64,000 nt of DNA from Vicugna vicugna (taxonomy: Eukaryota), in assembly GCA_013265495.1 (NCBI GenBank), contig MU058418.1, forward strand, positions 186,001 through 250,000. Direction: 5' to 3'. A model generated the notes under the pieces. It did no database searches. It was not told the origin of the DNA and saw nothing but the letters and a program-made list of their open reading frames with translations. Positions 11,316-24,949 of the stretch are shown here, piece by piece; within the stretch, counting starts at the first letter, position 1, and every line of letters starts with the position of its first letter. Position numbers and translations under genes: made by a program.

Positions 11316-14300
11316 CAGTATGATTATTATTAAACAATGCTCTTCCCAAGCCAGAGCAGTGAGAATACCATGGGCCTTTTATTTAATTAGTTGTAATGAT
11401 TACTCTCAACCAGTAAATAAGAGGAGAACTTTCCCATAGCATGGCAGGGAAAGCCAGTCACAGGAAGGCATTCTTGGAGGTCTGTCTGCCCTATAGGCTG
11501 GGGCTGGGAGGAGTACAGGAAGGACAACTGAGCTGAAGGGGGGTTTCAAGCTCTTGTCAGTTCTTCAGTTCTGCTATCTGGCAGAAAACAGAGGATAATT
11601 TTTAAAAGGAAGGAAGAAAGGAAAGAGAAACTACATACACACACATCCGAAACTTGGAGAAAGGAAGGGATGGAGATGGTTGAAAATCTTTACCCCTGAT
11701 GTAGCAGTTTGGAACTGTGGATCATCATGTGGACTGTTAGTAAATGATAACATTGATTTGATGGGTGAAGACCAGCATGTAAGAAAGAGGGAGCGAAGGA
11801 GGAAGTATGAATGTAAGAGAGACAGAAAGAAAGGAAAAAAAGAAAACAGAACAGAAAATATCAGAGGACATTGCACACAGTAAGTAAATTCAAGTTCTGT
11901 TCTGTTTCCCTGTCTATATATTTACATACAAATCCATACATGTGAACCGTACGGCTCTGTAAGATGTATTTATAACTGTGGGTCACTGTTGAAAAGCATT
12001 GCCCCAATAAATTCAAATTGTCTTACCTGCTAATTCCTAGACTGTAAATTAGATTTTTAGCAGCTTACTCACCTTAAATTCTATTACACCAAAATAATTT
12101 TGGAGGTCCTGTGTCATGAGATTTCCATGAGGTTTTACCAACATAGAAATTTGAACGTGTAATGCCAATCATTTAAAAAGCCATACACATTACAACTGAT
12201 TTTAGAAAAGGGGCAAAGGCTTTGTAACAAGCAGTTCCACTAATACATTTAAAATAAGATTCTGTGCAGAGAGAGATGACCAGAAACTCACATGCCATGC
12301 AGCTGGAGTACACGTTCTTGGGGGCGGGGGGATCTGCCCTCATGAACACCCAGCGTAGAGAATAAGCACTGGAACAAGTCTCTGGGTGAACTGTGTGAAC
12401 AAAACGAACAGAAGTCCTTTGACTCCCCACATTCCTACAGCAGGCAGAGGCCAGAGTATGGAAATCCCCCCTATAACTCTCACTATTCAGCCTCATTAAT
12501 AAAAATGTTTGTTTCTACCAAGCATGTTAGAAACACTGCCATCAATAGAAACATTTCTGGCTAATTTGCTTGAATAAAAAATTAACCTAGAGTCCCAGCA
12601 GAGGGCAACATTCCTCACTCCCAGAGACCTTGGATCCACAATTCAACACAAAACACGACACAAGCACCAAGATAAGAGAAGGTTCTTCGATATCCCCACA
12701 CTGGTGTCCTGTCAACTTAGTGCTCCAATTAACTCCACAAATGCTGCCAAGGCGACGATGGGCTGGCTGCATTTGCTGCTGCTGATAAAATCTCTGCTCA
12801 GCTGTCTAGGAGTATCAAGAAATCTTTAAATCTGTGCTACTTGGCAGTGGTGTCTGGCTGACACCATTCCTGATTCTCCAAGGCTCATCTTCCAACCATA
12901 TGGGAACTCTGCAGCACAGCTCAGGCTCTGCACCGCCAGCATCTACCCTGGATCTGATCCGTGCATTGCGTTCTACCACCAGCACCCTTAGACTCAAGAG
13001 GGAATGCCCAAATCTCTCGGCTGGAAAATCTGATCAGAAAGAGTCTGACGGAGAGTTTAAAGTGAGGGCCCAGTCGACTATTGAGGGGCTATTCCATGTG
13101 TCTGTGCCCAGTGACATCTTAGGGACTGAGATGCCGTGGAGATGCTCCAGGCACTGAACATCTTCCCCAGGACTCGAAATCTAAGAGCAGTCACTGAATT
13201 CAGTTCAGCAAATGATGAGTGGCTAAATGGTGCCCAGAGAGTCAGCAAACTGGAACACCACAGAAGCAGCATGCCTTCAGAGGAGTGAGGAGTTCAGAAT
13301 TAATGTGGCATCAAGGGCAGAGCATAAGGAAGGGCCCCTAGGGGGCTGGCATAACACCACCCACCTCCAAATAATCGAGGCAGGGGTGATGCTTTACCTT
13401 TTTCATTTTCAATAGAATGTTTGACTTCATTATTGTCATCATTAAATGACCAGATGTAGTCAGCAAGCAGGAATGGAAGAGCTCTCAACCACACAGAGCC
13501 AGTAAACAAGTATTACTGAGACTACCGAGTGCCTGACAGGCACTGTGCAAGGTCCTGGGGACACAGGGAACAAGCCAGTCTCTGCCTTCATGGCTTTTAT
13601 CCTTTGGGTCATCCTCATACTGCTGAGTGCGTGGTGAGGATGGAGAATGCACTATTGTGCCTGAAAAAAATAAGCAGCTGGGGAGATAAAGCAACTCTAG
13701 TGTAGGGAGAAGAGAAAGAGCAGAGAGATGGCAAAATAGCAGGGCAGGGCATCCTCAAAGGCTCCTCACCGCATCTTACAAATACCCCACAGTGCTCAGG
13801 GCCACCAGTGTTTAAGTGCACAGTTCCAAATCGAGCAGGCTTGGTAGTGCTGGCTTCTTCGCACTTTGTTGAAATGGGGACGGCCACAGTACCTATCTGC
13901 TGGGGTTGTGGAAATGACTGCGACTCTCCAGCTGGTACAAGTTATTGACACTCAGGAGGTGTTCGGCCTGTTTGCACTGAGTGAATGAGATGGCATTTCC
14001 ATTCTCCAATTGAAAAACAAACCACAGTGACACTTTAGGATTAAAAACAAACAAAGAAACAAAGAACTCTGCGAGAACAAAGCTAACTTCTGCCTGGCAT
14101 AGGGCTCTTGAATATCACCCCCACTTCCGTGGACAAAAAGATGATTAGCAATAAAAATGCTGGCTACTCACCTCCCACATCTGCTGTATTTGGCTATGAA
14201 GCCTTTCCCAGTGGAGGTGCCAAGTAAGCCTTTATACAGCCTTTTGTTAGATTTTTTTTGAGGGAGGTTTTATTTTTCTTCTCAGCACTGACCTAAATGT

Positions 14301-16149
14301 CACTCATAAACAAGCCGTCAGCACTGATAGGAGTCTGAATGTGCCGTATCTTTAGCATCAGGGCCACCGCTCAAATCCTCCCTGCTTCGCCCTCATGTCC
14401 TTTCCCTGGGGTCAAGGGAGATGTTTGAAAGGGGTTGGAATCTAGGGTGCTGGGGCCTGGAGTGTCCTAGAGGGTGTCAGCTGGCCTCTCTTGGCAATTC
14501 CATGTCATTTTCCTCCTGATAAACGTGGAGGGAGGCAGCTGACCGACCACAGGAGTGGGATTTGGAGACAGGAGTTGAGCAGTAAACATTCCTGGAGGCT
14601 GACCCAGGGCGGCCCTGGGCTGGGCTTCTTCCAAGGGTCATCTCAGTGAGCCATCCAAGAACCCAATGTCAGGAGTGGGGTCAGCTGCCATCACCATGGA
14701 GGAACCTGAATCTGGGAGGTCACGTCACAGGCCGAAGGCCTCACAGTGAACTCTCTTTCACTGGAGCCCAGTCTCCGCTCATTCTGGAACTAATCAGTTC
14801 TCTGAGCTGGATCAGAGGAGGCGAGGCTCACCTCCAGGGTGGGGAGCAGGGAGCTGTGTGTTCCCAGTCCTCCTGACCTCACACCATGAACGAGGCTGCC
14901 CCACTGGCATCCTGGCACTGGATTTTAACATGTGCTTTATATGAGTTTGCTCTTCTGTCTGGGGGAGATATGAGATATTAATTCTCTCATCACTGGCATA
15001 CAGATCAAATGAAACAAGAAAAGGAGTGGGGCTAGTTGTCAAATAGGCCGTCAAGAGCTGTTAACATACCTCTTTTCCACTCTTTTTGATTACTGCTCTT
15101 TTCGCCTCCCATTGTTCCATCTCATGCTGTGATGACAGTGCTTAAGAGTCATCTACACTTCCTGCTTCTACCACCCCCCCGAGACCCCCACCAACACATA
15201 TGTAAGAAGGATCAGAGAAAATGCAGAGGGAGGATAAAGGACTATCCACTCTGAATTAGGACTAGTACCATTTTGAAAAATCAACAGATGCTGTAATTTC
15301 AGAAAACCGATAGCCTGTTCTAAAACCCCCAGGGTTCTGAGGCTACTGATTTACTGACACATCAATTTACACAAACTTTTCAAAGGAAACGCTGCCCTGA
15401 CTTCACAGGACACCTTTCTACAAGGAGCTTGAGAATTTCAGAAGGTTTACACTCACATATATCCTTTTTACAGAACAGGATGGGGAGCAGGGGTACCAAC
15501 CTCACTTCATCTATGCTAAGGGAGATGAACAAAGCTGGTAACACACCCAAGATAAAATCCAGGCCTTAACACGTCATTTCCACTTCAAAATCTGGTGGGT
15601 CAGAACTGCCTGCTGTATTCAATCCATTGAAAAGTAAACATAGGTGACCAGCTAGAATATGTAAATTAGACAAGTCATATTAGAAATATTCAAATGTATA
15701 CTGGTTCCCTTTTCTCCAAACATGTCAGAATTCCTGGATGATGCCTGAAGCTCTGGCCAGACAAAGCTGTTGCTTCACCAGATCCAGAAGAGCATCTGCG
15801 ACCTTCACATCACTCCTGTGATGCTCAGAGAAATCGCTCCACCATGAGCCTCAGTGGCACTCCACCCAATGGAGAACCTTTCCTGATTTGCTTCACACAC
15901 TGAAGGATTCAACTAAAATACAAATTCTAAGAACCTTGTCCTTCCCCTTCTGCCCCCAGAACATGAAGATACTCCCATCCCTATGATGCCACGACAACAA
16001 AAATGTATTGGCTGAAAAGATGAGAAGTGACACGGTTTATGCAACGAGGCAATGGGGCGACTTCGGGCTGTCCACAAAGGCCACGGACCAGCCTACACGT
16101 GGTCAGAATTCCTTCTTGATGTAAGAGCTGGTTGTTCCTTGCTGTGGTC

Positions 16150-16645
16150 AACTGCTTACAGAAATGGCCACCACAGTTCCGCTGTCCTTGTGTGTAAGCC
16201 TCTTTGCAGTGTGACTTTGTTACTTCCGCCCTCAGGAGGTGGCATCTATTTTTTCACCCCTTGATCTGGGTTTGGCTACATGACCTGCTTTGACTAGTGG
16301 GCCATGAGCAAATGTGATGTGCGCAAAGGCGTGAAAAGTGTTTGCTCCCCAGAGTCTGCCCTCTTCGCTCCGAGGAACTCTTCCAGGCATGTGAACAAGC
16401 CTGGACTGGCCTCCTCCTCATAGACACTGAGGAAGTGCAGAAAGGGAAGATGGAGTCACCCCACCAACCCAGGTGAGCCCGGATACGGGAGTGAGGTCCT
16501 CCCTGACCACCTGGCCCCAACCACATCAGGCCAAACCAGAGCAACCACCAGCTGACTCACAGAACGATGAACAAGTAAAATGGTGCCTGTTATAAGCTGC
16601 TAAGTTTGGGGATGGTTTGTCACTCCGCAAAAGTGAACCAATACA
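16150..16645 (+). mobile_element. MLT1 (ERVL-MaLR) solo LTR
   Basis: gcagtgtgactttg...ggaggtggcatctattt...tgctttgac; 3' end taagctgctaagtttggggatggtttgt...aataca. Confidence 0.8.
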
Positions 16646-17975
16646 CTCTACTTTCTGTGCCATGTCTTGAACTCAGGCTTCACTTGCAAACGTGAAGGAG
16701 TCTGCAGAATTGATCATAAGCAGAAATGTAATGTGACACACAGAAGAAAATGTTTTCAGGAGTCCCTCTGGGACATAACATGGTGCTCCTCCAGCTTCCC
16801 TCCAGCTTCCCAGCACTTTCAGAATAACCTTGAGAAGCCGAACCCACAGAACCACTCACAGAAGGGCACAAGGTTTAGGGATATGCATGTCCCAGGGGCA
16901 CTATTTATAACAGCATAAAGTGGAAAATACCTATATACCAATCATTAGTGTAAAGGATAATAAATGGTAGTTTAAAATATAACATTAAAAAAAAAAAGGT
17001 AAGTGGGTCAAAGTTTTTGAAACAAGCAATTGCACTAACCATTTTGCAACTTCACTGGCTACAGGGGGCATCTCCCCAAGGAGGGATTCTGAGTTTTCAT
17101 ATGCAAGCATGACTTACTGTGTTGGAAACTGCCATCCACACTTGAAACTTCCCCAGAGTCACAAGGTGTAAACAGCTGGTTTAGGCAGCCAGAATCAAGG
17201 ATGAGAGAGAGAGGTTGGGTCAGAGAACTTGGGAAAATGTTCTTCTGCGAGTTTAAGATGTGATCTGCTGGTCTCTGGGAGGCTCTGCTGACCAGGCCTC
17301 CCGGGCCAGACACTTCATCTCCCAAACTCGTCTCTCTCCTCAGTCTTAACTGTTCTGTGCGCCTGTCTTGTCTCCTATCCGGACTGCAGGCTGCTAGAGA
17401 GGACCACCATGTCCAGTTTCATTTTCTCTCTCTCAGAATTTAGCAAAGTTCAATAAAACCAGCAGGTGATAAAGAAATAAAGTAAATTCATAACATAGGT
17501 AGGTTAGTGATAACAGGCATGTTATAAAATAATCTCCTCTTTACAAAAAGATTCACTGAATAGGCTCCCCTAATAGACAGAAAAGGTGGATTTGATTTAG
17601 GAAAAGACCTGCTAATCCTGACCTTCTCCAGGAGTCCCTGTAACGTGTGCACCATGTGACATGTGGTAAGCTCTCATTAATAGTCCTTGCTATCAACAAG
17701 TGCCTGCCTTCCCTGTGGAGCAAAGCAAAACGAAGACCTTAAAAGCAGCTGCATGGGGAAGACTCCCCTCACCCCAACAATGAATTCAGACACAGACAAC
17801 AATTCCAATTAAAGACACCTTCTAGAAAACTTAAGCAGAGATGGGATAGCTGAAATGCAAGCTTCTCATGCCCAGTGATTTCGTAGCTGCCCGCATGCCC
17901 TCCAAGGAGAGAGATTCTGTGTCTCATCAGAGAGTTAAGAGCCCAAGCAAACTGTACAAGGGGCTGCGCCCTCAC

Positions 17976-18178
17976 CTCGGGAATCAGCCGCCGCCTCTTC
18001 ACGCTTGGGACTGAGTCTGGCGGGCCATCGCCACCTGGTTGCTTTCTCTTGCTGGAGTCCTGGAGGGCAGTGAAGACACTGTCCAGAGGGTGCTTCTCAG
18101 AGGATCTGGAATTCACCGAGCAGTCCAGGGCAGCATCTTCGGCCTCTGTCTCCACTTTCACAATGTTATTCTTTAGAA
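17976..18178 (-). CDS. BEND3: BEND3 internal coding exon (203 nt; VLKNNIVKVETEAEDAALD...KRRRLIPE)
   Basis: Acceptor tctctgccgcag (AG 18179-18180) and donor GAG|gtgagg (GT 17974-17975). 37+203=240 nt gives a phase-0 join to the last exon. Encodes the K20 SUMO motif VKVE and basic KRK/KRRR NLS-like motifs. Confidence 0.96.
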
Positions 18179-18664
18179 CTGCGGCAGAGAAGAAATAGGG
18201 CTCAGCGGGGAGACCACGGGACAGCACCAAGATGCAAGGTCCCCTGAGCCGCAGGTTGTATATGGGCTGCCCTTGGGATACTCTCACTCAGACAACAATG
18301 TCTGAGTAACAATCACAATAAAACTGGCTTTCTAACCAAGCGATTTGTCACCACATTAGTGCTATACAATGAAACCATGTTCCAAGAACATTATGTTCAA
18401 AACAGGTTTTAAAGTCTTCTCTTGGGGGAACGAGGGGAGTTAGAGGGAGAGAAACAGTACTCTTTTAGATGATGCTTTTAAAAAAGTAATTCTGGAAAAA
18501 TGCTTAAGATACAACAGGTATATGAGTGGAGGGGGATGGGAACTGGGGTGGGAGGAGAATTTTCTGACATTTTTCATCATGTATCTCTTAATATTTTTAA
18601 ACCACATGAATGTATGACCTAATAAAAATATTAAGTTAAAATATTTTAAAAGAGGCTTTTTTAC

Positions 18665-18701
18665 CTTCTTCTACATCTTCACTGAATTCAGTTGCATTCA
18701 T
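18665..18701 (-). CDS. BEND3: BEND3 first coding segment (MNATEFSEDVEE+1 nt) within 48-nt exon 18665-18712
   Basis: Acceptor ctttgtcttttcatttag|TGGAACAGAAGATG, ATG at 18699-18701 with A at -3, donor GAAG|gtaa. The three segments sum to 828 aa, equal to the recalled length of human BEND3. Confidence 0.95.
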
Positions 18702-19159
18702 CTTCTGTTCCACTAAATGAAAAGACAAAGACGAAGTCTTGATTTATTGTTTATTCCTTAATTTTCCCAATCCATGAGAAATTCCCTTACCCTCCCAACC
18801 CTGGCAATAGAAGGTTAAGCCAATACTGCTCTGCAACATCAAGGAAAACTGTAATCCTCTTACTCCTGTTTTTGCAGTTGCTCAGAAGCAGCCAGGCCTC
18901 CTGCATGCCTGCTAGGAGCGCTTCTCTAAGACTTTATGTGGGCAGAACGCATTTTAAAGCATCAACTGAGAGCCACTTACAGAACAAGGGGAACATATTT
19001 CAGAAAATCAAGTCTTACAAAAGACCCCATAGTTTGGATGATTTGTTAGTCCCTGAGTTATAAATTCTAGCCACAAAATGAAAAGGCTGACTACGGATGG
19101 AGGCTGTGGACCCTAAGGACCCAAGCTGAGGTGTTAGGACTCCAGGAGGTCTGAGGAGA

Positions 19160-19459
19160 CTTGTGCTGTCCATGATGCAGCTACCAGTCACATGTGGCTC
19201 CCAAGGACTCAGAACGTGGCCAGTCCAAATGGAGATGTACTGTAAGATCCATGTTGGATTTCAAAGACTCAGCATAGCAAAGAGAATGTAAAATATCTCA
19301 CTAACAACTTTTATACTGATTATGTGTTAAAATGATAATATTTCAGGCTTATTGGGTTAAGTAAAATATTAAAATTAATTTCACCTTTTTAAAATGTGGC
19401 TACTAGAAAATATAAAATTACATATGTAGCTTGCATTGTATTTTTATTGGATGGTGCTA
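19160..19459 (-). mobile_element. MER33 (hAT-Charlie) DNA transposon
   Basis: gtgctgtcca...cacatgtggct...aaattaatttcacc...tgtggctactagaaaa...aattacatatgt...tattggatggtgct. Confidence 0.82.
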
Positions 19460-21849
19460 GTCTAGCCCTTCATTTAGAAGCAAGGAAGAGAAAGAGGTAC
19501 TGTGGATTCTCAAAGCTTCCAACCTCCATAAAATATGGTCCAAACCACTCTTGTTACTGATGAGGGAATGAGGTAGGAGGGGATGGGGGTGCCCTGTATG
19601 GGCTACAAGTTCTGGTACAGAGATACCCCTGACTCCCATCAACCCAACCGAAATGAAACCGGCACCATGATTAAAAGCACCATTACATCTTTGAGATTTC
19701 CCAAATTACATAACAGTGTGTCCATAAATAGACTACAGCATAAAGGAGGCTGTAACATTGGAAAAGATCACACATGACAGCCTTTACTGTTGACAATGAT
19801 GAGTTGTGGTTCCCACAACTGGTGAAGCTGCCTACAGACACTGAGTGCCCATTCTGGTTAAGGGTCAGAGGAAAGCAGGCTATAGGTAGAGGGATGTCAC
19901 CTATGATGTTCAGTAAACCATCCATCGAGCAGGCATGGAATAGTGTGTGGTCCCCTGTTTTAGGTGGCTGAATGGGGAAGAGGGCTAGAGTGCCTGGGTG
20001 ATCTATGCACAGGATAATAACTTCAAAACTAATACAGCACAGGGTGCTATGATGTGCGGCACTGTCCTCTGTGGTCACAATAACTTCATGACAGCCACAA
20101 TTCTTTTCATCCTTGATAACTAATTTTCAAAGGAATGGATAAGGAAATTTAGGATTCATTTGAAACTGAAATGACACAAATTAATTCCTACTTATTAAAC
20201 TTATCTTCTATCTGAAAAATATAAAATGCAGGTGAGACTGAGGGAAAATTACCAACAAATCAATTTTAAGGGTCCAAGAACCATTTTACCAGAAGTGAAT
20301 TTTAGCAAAGACAATTTCCATTGTATTCCAAGGAAATAAACTTCGTGTTTGATAACATCACCCGACCTGAGTGTCTCTGGGGGGAAGGAGGCACAGGCAG
20401 GAAGGTGGGCATCAGTAGTCTTTTCAGACAAGGTTGGCCAATGCCGGGCAGAAACTCAGGCCTGATTCCCAGTGCAGTCAGGGACCGTCTGAAGGAAAAG
20501 CACTGGAGTCTTCACCCGGGTGAACGCTCAAGCTCCCCACCTGCCCTGGGAGGCCCTGCTGTGTGGGCACACCACCTATCCCCTCAAGTCAAGGGCAGAT
20601 GTGAGAAGAAGCAGAACAGCTGAGGAGGAATGAGTACAGGGTTGCTGGAGAGGGGAGTATACTGTACAAAACAAATTACATTCTGGAGAGAAAAGCTGGG
20701 AAAGGGAGATGACAGATGGTTTATTTGGGGGGTGGGGAAGGTCACAATAAGAGAAAAACCACAAAGACTTTGGCTAAATAGAAAGTATTAAAAGGATGAG
20801 CAAATCCTAGAAAAACAGAGGAGTCGATGAGAAAATACAGCACAGAACCACAAGCGCTGAGCGAGGATGCCATGGTTCACCAATATTCCACTACAGCAGA
20901 GGTCTGCGGAGTCCCGTGCGCAGGAGCGGAGGCGGAGGCAGGTGCCGGGTGGAGCCTCTGCCCGGAATGTGCTCCGAGGGAGGCGTTTGCTTGCTGAACC
21001 ACCACCATGTGACACTAGAGCAGGCAATTTAGCACCTGAATTCCAGGCTCCCTCTGAACCTTGTGTCAGAAAAATGATGAAGGAAGAGCACACACCTGAG
21101 CCACCTGCGGTGGGAGGAAGGCCAGAGGGGCTGAGCAGGCTCGGGGGTGCGGTGGAAAGAAAGGGTGGCCAGCTTCCCGGGCATTCAGGATGCCCAGAGT
21201 GCATCTGCTTTGGAAAACATTTCCGTATTCATTTACAGACCAGTGACAGATGCTAGATTAGCACAGAAGTAACTCAGAACGTAGTGTGGCGGGCCACTTC
21301 TCTCCTAGCCAGCAAAGAAGCCACACTTTTTGGGAAGCTGGGGAATTTCCCATTTGCAAGGCCTGGAAAACCAAGTGCATCTGGCTCGAGTGGTGGAGAG
21401 AGAGGCAAGCGGTCCTCATTAACACCTGCAGCCTGTGAACCTGGGGCTAGGCGCTGACTGGACACTTAGTGTCTGCCTCCATGTCACCCTGAGCTATTTC
21501 TTTCAATCCCACTTTTACCAGTAAAAAACAAGGGGGTGCACCTTAAATAGGTACAATTTGTATTTGTCAATTATACCTCAAATGACAAGTCAGAAAAATT
21601 ATTATTTTCTATTCAGGTAAAATATATGAATATTGGAAGTGGGAGGAAGGGGACAGGGGGCAGCTATTTGCCCCAGCATCACACAGCTATTAGGTGGCAG
21701 AACTAGGATTCAAACCAAGTCTGTATGTATCTCATGTCAGCCACCAGGAGAGGGAATTACAGAATCCTCATTCTTCTGTTAAGGTTCCTCTGATGAACAC
21801 AAAAGCTAGTTTCCAGCCTTGGGTCTCTGTCCAACAGCAGCTGAACTCA

Positions 21850-22120
21850 ACTTTTCTTTTCTTTTCTTTCTCTCTTTCCTTCCTTCTTTCTTTTTCTTTC
21901 TTTCCTTTCTTTCTTAACATTTTTTATTGAGTTATAATCGTATTACAATGTTGTGTCAAATTCCAGTGTAGAGCACAATTTTTCAGTTATACATGAACAT
22001 ACACATATTCATTGTCACATTTTTTTCTCTGTGAGCTACCATAAGATCTTGTATATATTTCCCTGTGCTATACAGTATAATCTTGTTTATCTATTCTACA
22101 TTTTGAAATCCCAGTCTGTC
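21850..22120 (-). mobile_element. Young cetartiodactyl/camelid L1 3' end with (TTTC)n tail
   Basis: ttacaatgttgtgtcaaattccagtgtag...ccctgtgctatacagta. TSD-like ctgaactc at 21841-21848 and 22121-22128. Confidence 0.85.
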
Positions 22121-23601
22121 CTGAACTCTCCTTTCATCTCCTTGTCACTACCAGGAAAACTAGTCTGCTCCATGCTTATACAGACTCCCTCACAATACAT
22201 TCCTCCCTCTTTTAAGCAGAAAGGGAATCGATCAAAAAACATTAAGTGACTAACAGGCTCTCCAGAACCTAAAAACCAATCATGAGAACTACAGAAATTG
22301 AATGAATCTACTGAAATCTCCACTGCCCCCAGGCTTTGGACCACTGAACTGGGGGAGATGACACATATAGCCCTAATACTGGCAACTAGATACAAACTTT
22401 ATTACTATCTACAAAGACAGATATGCTAGTCCTCACATAATTGATCAACACTCTGCATATTTGCTTCCTCAACTAGCACGTTTATTGTTGCTGCTCAATT
22501 CCAAAATTATAAAGCATAGATGTTCCTAATTCAGGGAGCCTAGGTTACATGCCTGCATTCCAGCTGAAGAGATTGCTGAGGGAGTGAGTTCTACCTTTTG
22601 CTTTGGGAAGGGAAGACCAAAAATGTGAAAAGCTCCTTTGAATAGAAAAAAAAAAATTGGAAGTTCGCAAAAGAGGGATGGGATGTGTGGGTCACTTCCT
22701 GGCATCCCGAGCTAATGCAGAGACAGCACATCAACATGGTCCCAGCAGGGTAGAAAGGGGAGGGGTATCGCACATTGCTACCTCTATTTCCTGGCCATCT
22801 GCCCAGATGACGGTCACAAGGCTGCTCATCCTGGGCGGACACTGAACACCCGGATACCAAGCATGCCGCAGAAATTCCTTTTGCTTACACAACTACAGGT
22901 GATGTAGGAGCTATCATTGGCTGCCAGGATTACAATCTCCTTTGCCTGCAGGACTTTGTGGAATTTTTCATTTTAACATTCTCTCCTCAAAATCCTCTTA
23001 TTCCTCTCACCGCGAATCTAAAATTGTGAGACAGTCTAACCATGCATCCATGTGTCCCTGAAAATCAGCTTTCCCCCACGGGGTGCCTGTTCCACATCCT
23101 TGAGAAACCCCTGACCACGCCCAAGGGAAGATTTAAACAAATGAAGGGCGTGTGTGTCAAGGAGACCCATGAAGCTTGCAGCTGCCTCTAGGTAAAGAAA
23201 AGCACAGGTCCTAAGACATGGATGACCTATGGGAGGGTAACTCTCAAACAGGACCAGTCTCCAGCGGTTAATCCAGTAAGTGAAAATGCTTGTTTGTTTG
23301 TCTGTTTGGACCAAATAGCCTAGGAAGCCTCAGGCAAAGTGACTGCCATTGGTAAAGAAAGGTTTTCAATGTTGCAAAGCTCCTAGGAGTGTGTATAATT
23401 TTACTGTAATACCTACTAGTCTCTAACTTTCTTCATAGGACAAGAAGGACAATGTTCAATTTTCCATGCAAAGCACATGGTTTGGGGGGAAACCAGGTCA
23501 CCAGAAGGCCTTCAGTTTACCAACAGCACAAAAGGAAGGGTAATCCCAAATGTTTAAGGAACAAGAAGATGCTTTATAGACACTTAAATATCAACTTACA
23601 A

Positions 23602-23653
23602 TTTGACACAACACTGTAAAATGGTTATAAATCAATAAAAAATGTTAAAAAAA
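23602..23653 (+). mobile_element. Ultra-short 5'-truncated L1 3' end with 12-bp TSD
   Basis: tttgacacaacactgtaaaatggttataaatcaataaaaaatgttaaaaaaa is similar to the reverse complement of about 21913-21961. TSD atcaacttacaa at 23590-23601 and 23654-23665. Confidence 0.85.
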
Positions 23654-24182
23654 ATCAACTTACAAAGGATAAGTCGCTTATATTGGCTACATACATGCAA
23701 TAACTGGCAGGGCTCCCTCTGGGCCTCATGCTGAAAACCCGCTGAATTTGCCTCCTGAATATCAGCAAAGAACCAGAAGAAAGTGTGAAGCAAGACAAGG
23801 GGCATGCAGAGGAGAGAGAACCATTCACTGGTTCTTGGACCAGTTCTAAGAGATGTCACAAGAAATGGAAAAGCTGAAAAGATTGAAAAATTATAGGTCA
23901 ACTTAGAGTTCATTTTAAGAAGGAAAAATGCTCAAAGTCTTTCCCCCCCTCTTCTTTCGACTAGATGAAAGAAAAGGTATACATGCATCTGAAACAAAAT
24001 TCAAACGGTATAAAAGGATATTCGGTTAAAAAGCCCACAGTCCTACAGTCACTAGTTTACTCTCTTGGAGGCAATTATGTCGTATTTCTTATTTTTTTAA
24101 ACTTAAGTATAGTCAGTTTACAACATTGTGTCCATTTCTTGGATGTGAGTTTTCCTGTGAGCCCTTCCAGAGATACCTCTAT

Positions 24183-24897
24183 CAGAGGTTCTCAAAGTGT
24201 GATGGGTACTGCGCAGTGTGGCAGCCGGGCTCAGACAGCCCTGCATGGATTGTGTGTCTCTCCCCAACTCCACAACTAGTTGTCCATGACTAGATTTTTT
24301 TTTAAATAATAAGAAAGTTTATTTTACACTATAGCTTGAAATGGGCCATGGTGGGAATTTACACTATGGAAATCAACACTTTTACAAACAGGGTGGGGTT
24401 TTTTTGGGTTTTTTTCCTTTTTTCTTTTTGGGGAGCCAGTTTACCGCTATATACAAGACTGTTTCAGGGGGTCCATGAGCTCAAAACTATTTTCATAATG
24501 ACACTGAGATGCTGCCCCCTTCCTTTCATAGGTGTGCAGAAGAGTTTTCCAGAGGCTACCTGATGCATTATTTTGCAAAAAGACTGAATACAAAGGCAGA
24601 TATGAAAACTCATCTGTCATCTATTAAGTCAGATATTAAAGACACCTGCAAAAATGTAAACAATACCACTCCTTTCACTAATTCTTTTTGGAAAAAGTTA
24701 CTATTCATAAAAAAAGTTATTGACATTAACTTGTAATAGTTTTATTTTGGTTATTTTTAAATGAATGAATCAATATTTAAACACTTTTCTGTTTCAGTTT
24801 CTAACACAATAAATACTGACAGATATAAACAATTTGAGGTCCTCAATATTTTTTATGGGTATCAAGGGATCCTGAGACTAAAAGGTTTGAGATCCTT
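24183..24897 (+). mobile_element. Charlie4a-like hAT element with nested MER63-like insertion (about 24205-24455)
   Basis: cagaggttctcaaagtgtg...ttcagggggtcc...caaaactattttcataat...cctgagactaaaaggtttgaga. The insert carries tagcttgaaatgggccatggtgggaatttacac. Confidence 0.75.
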
Positions 24898-24949
24898 GTT
24901 GCCTTTCTTCTTTCGCTTAATGTATCATGGAAGTTTCTGTATCACTTCT

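Noticed and set aside
17769..18287. 172-aa ORF as a stand-alone gene
   Set aside because: It is the BEND3 exon 17976-18178 plus open intronic flanks.
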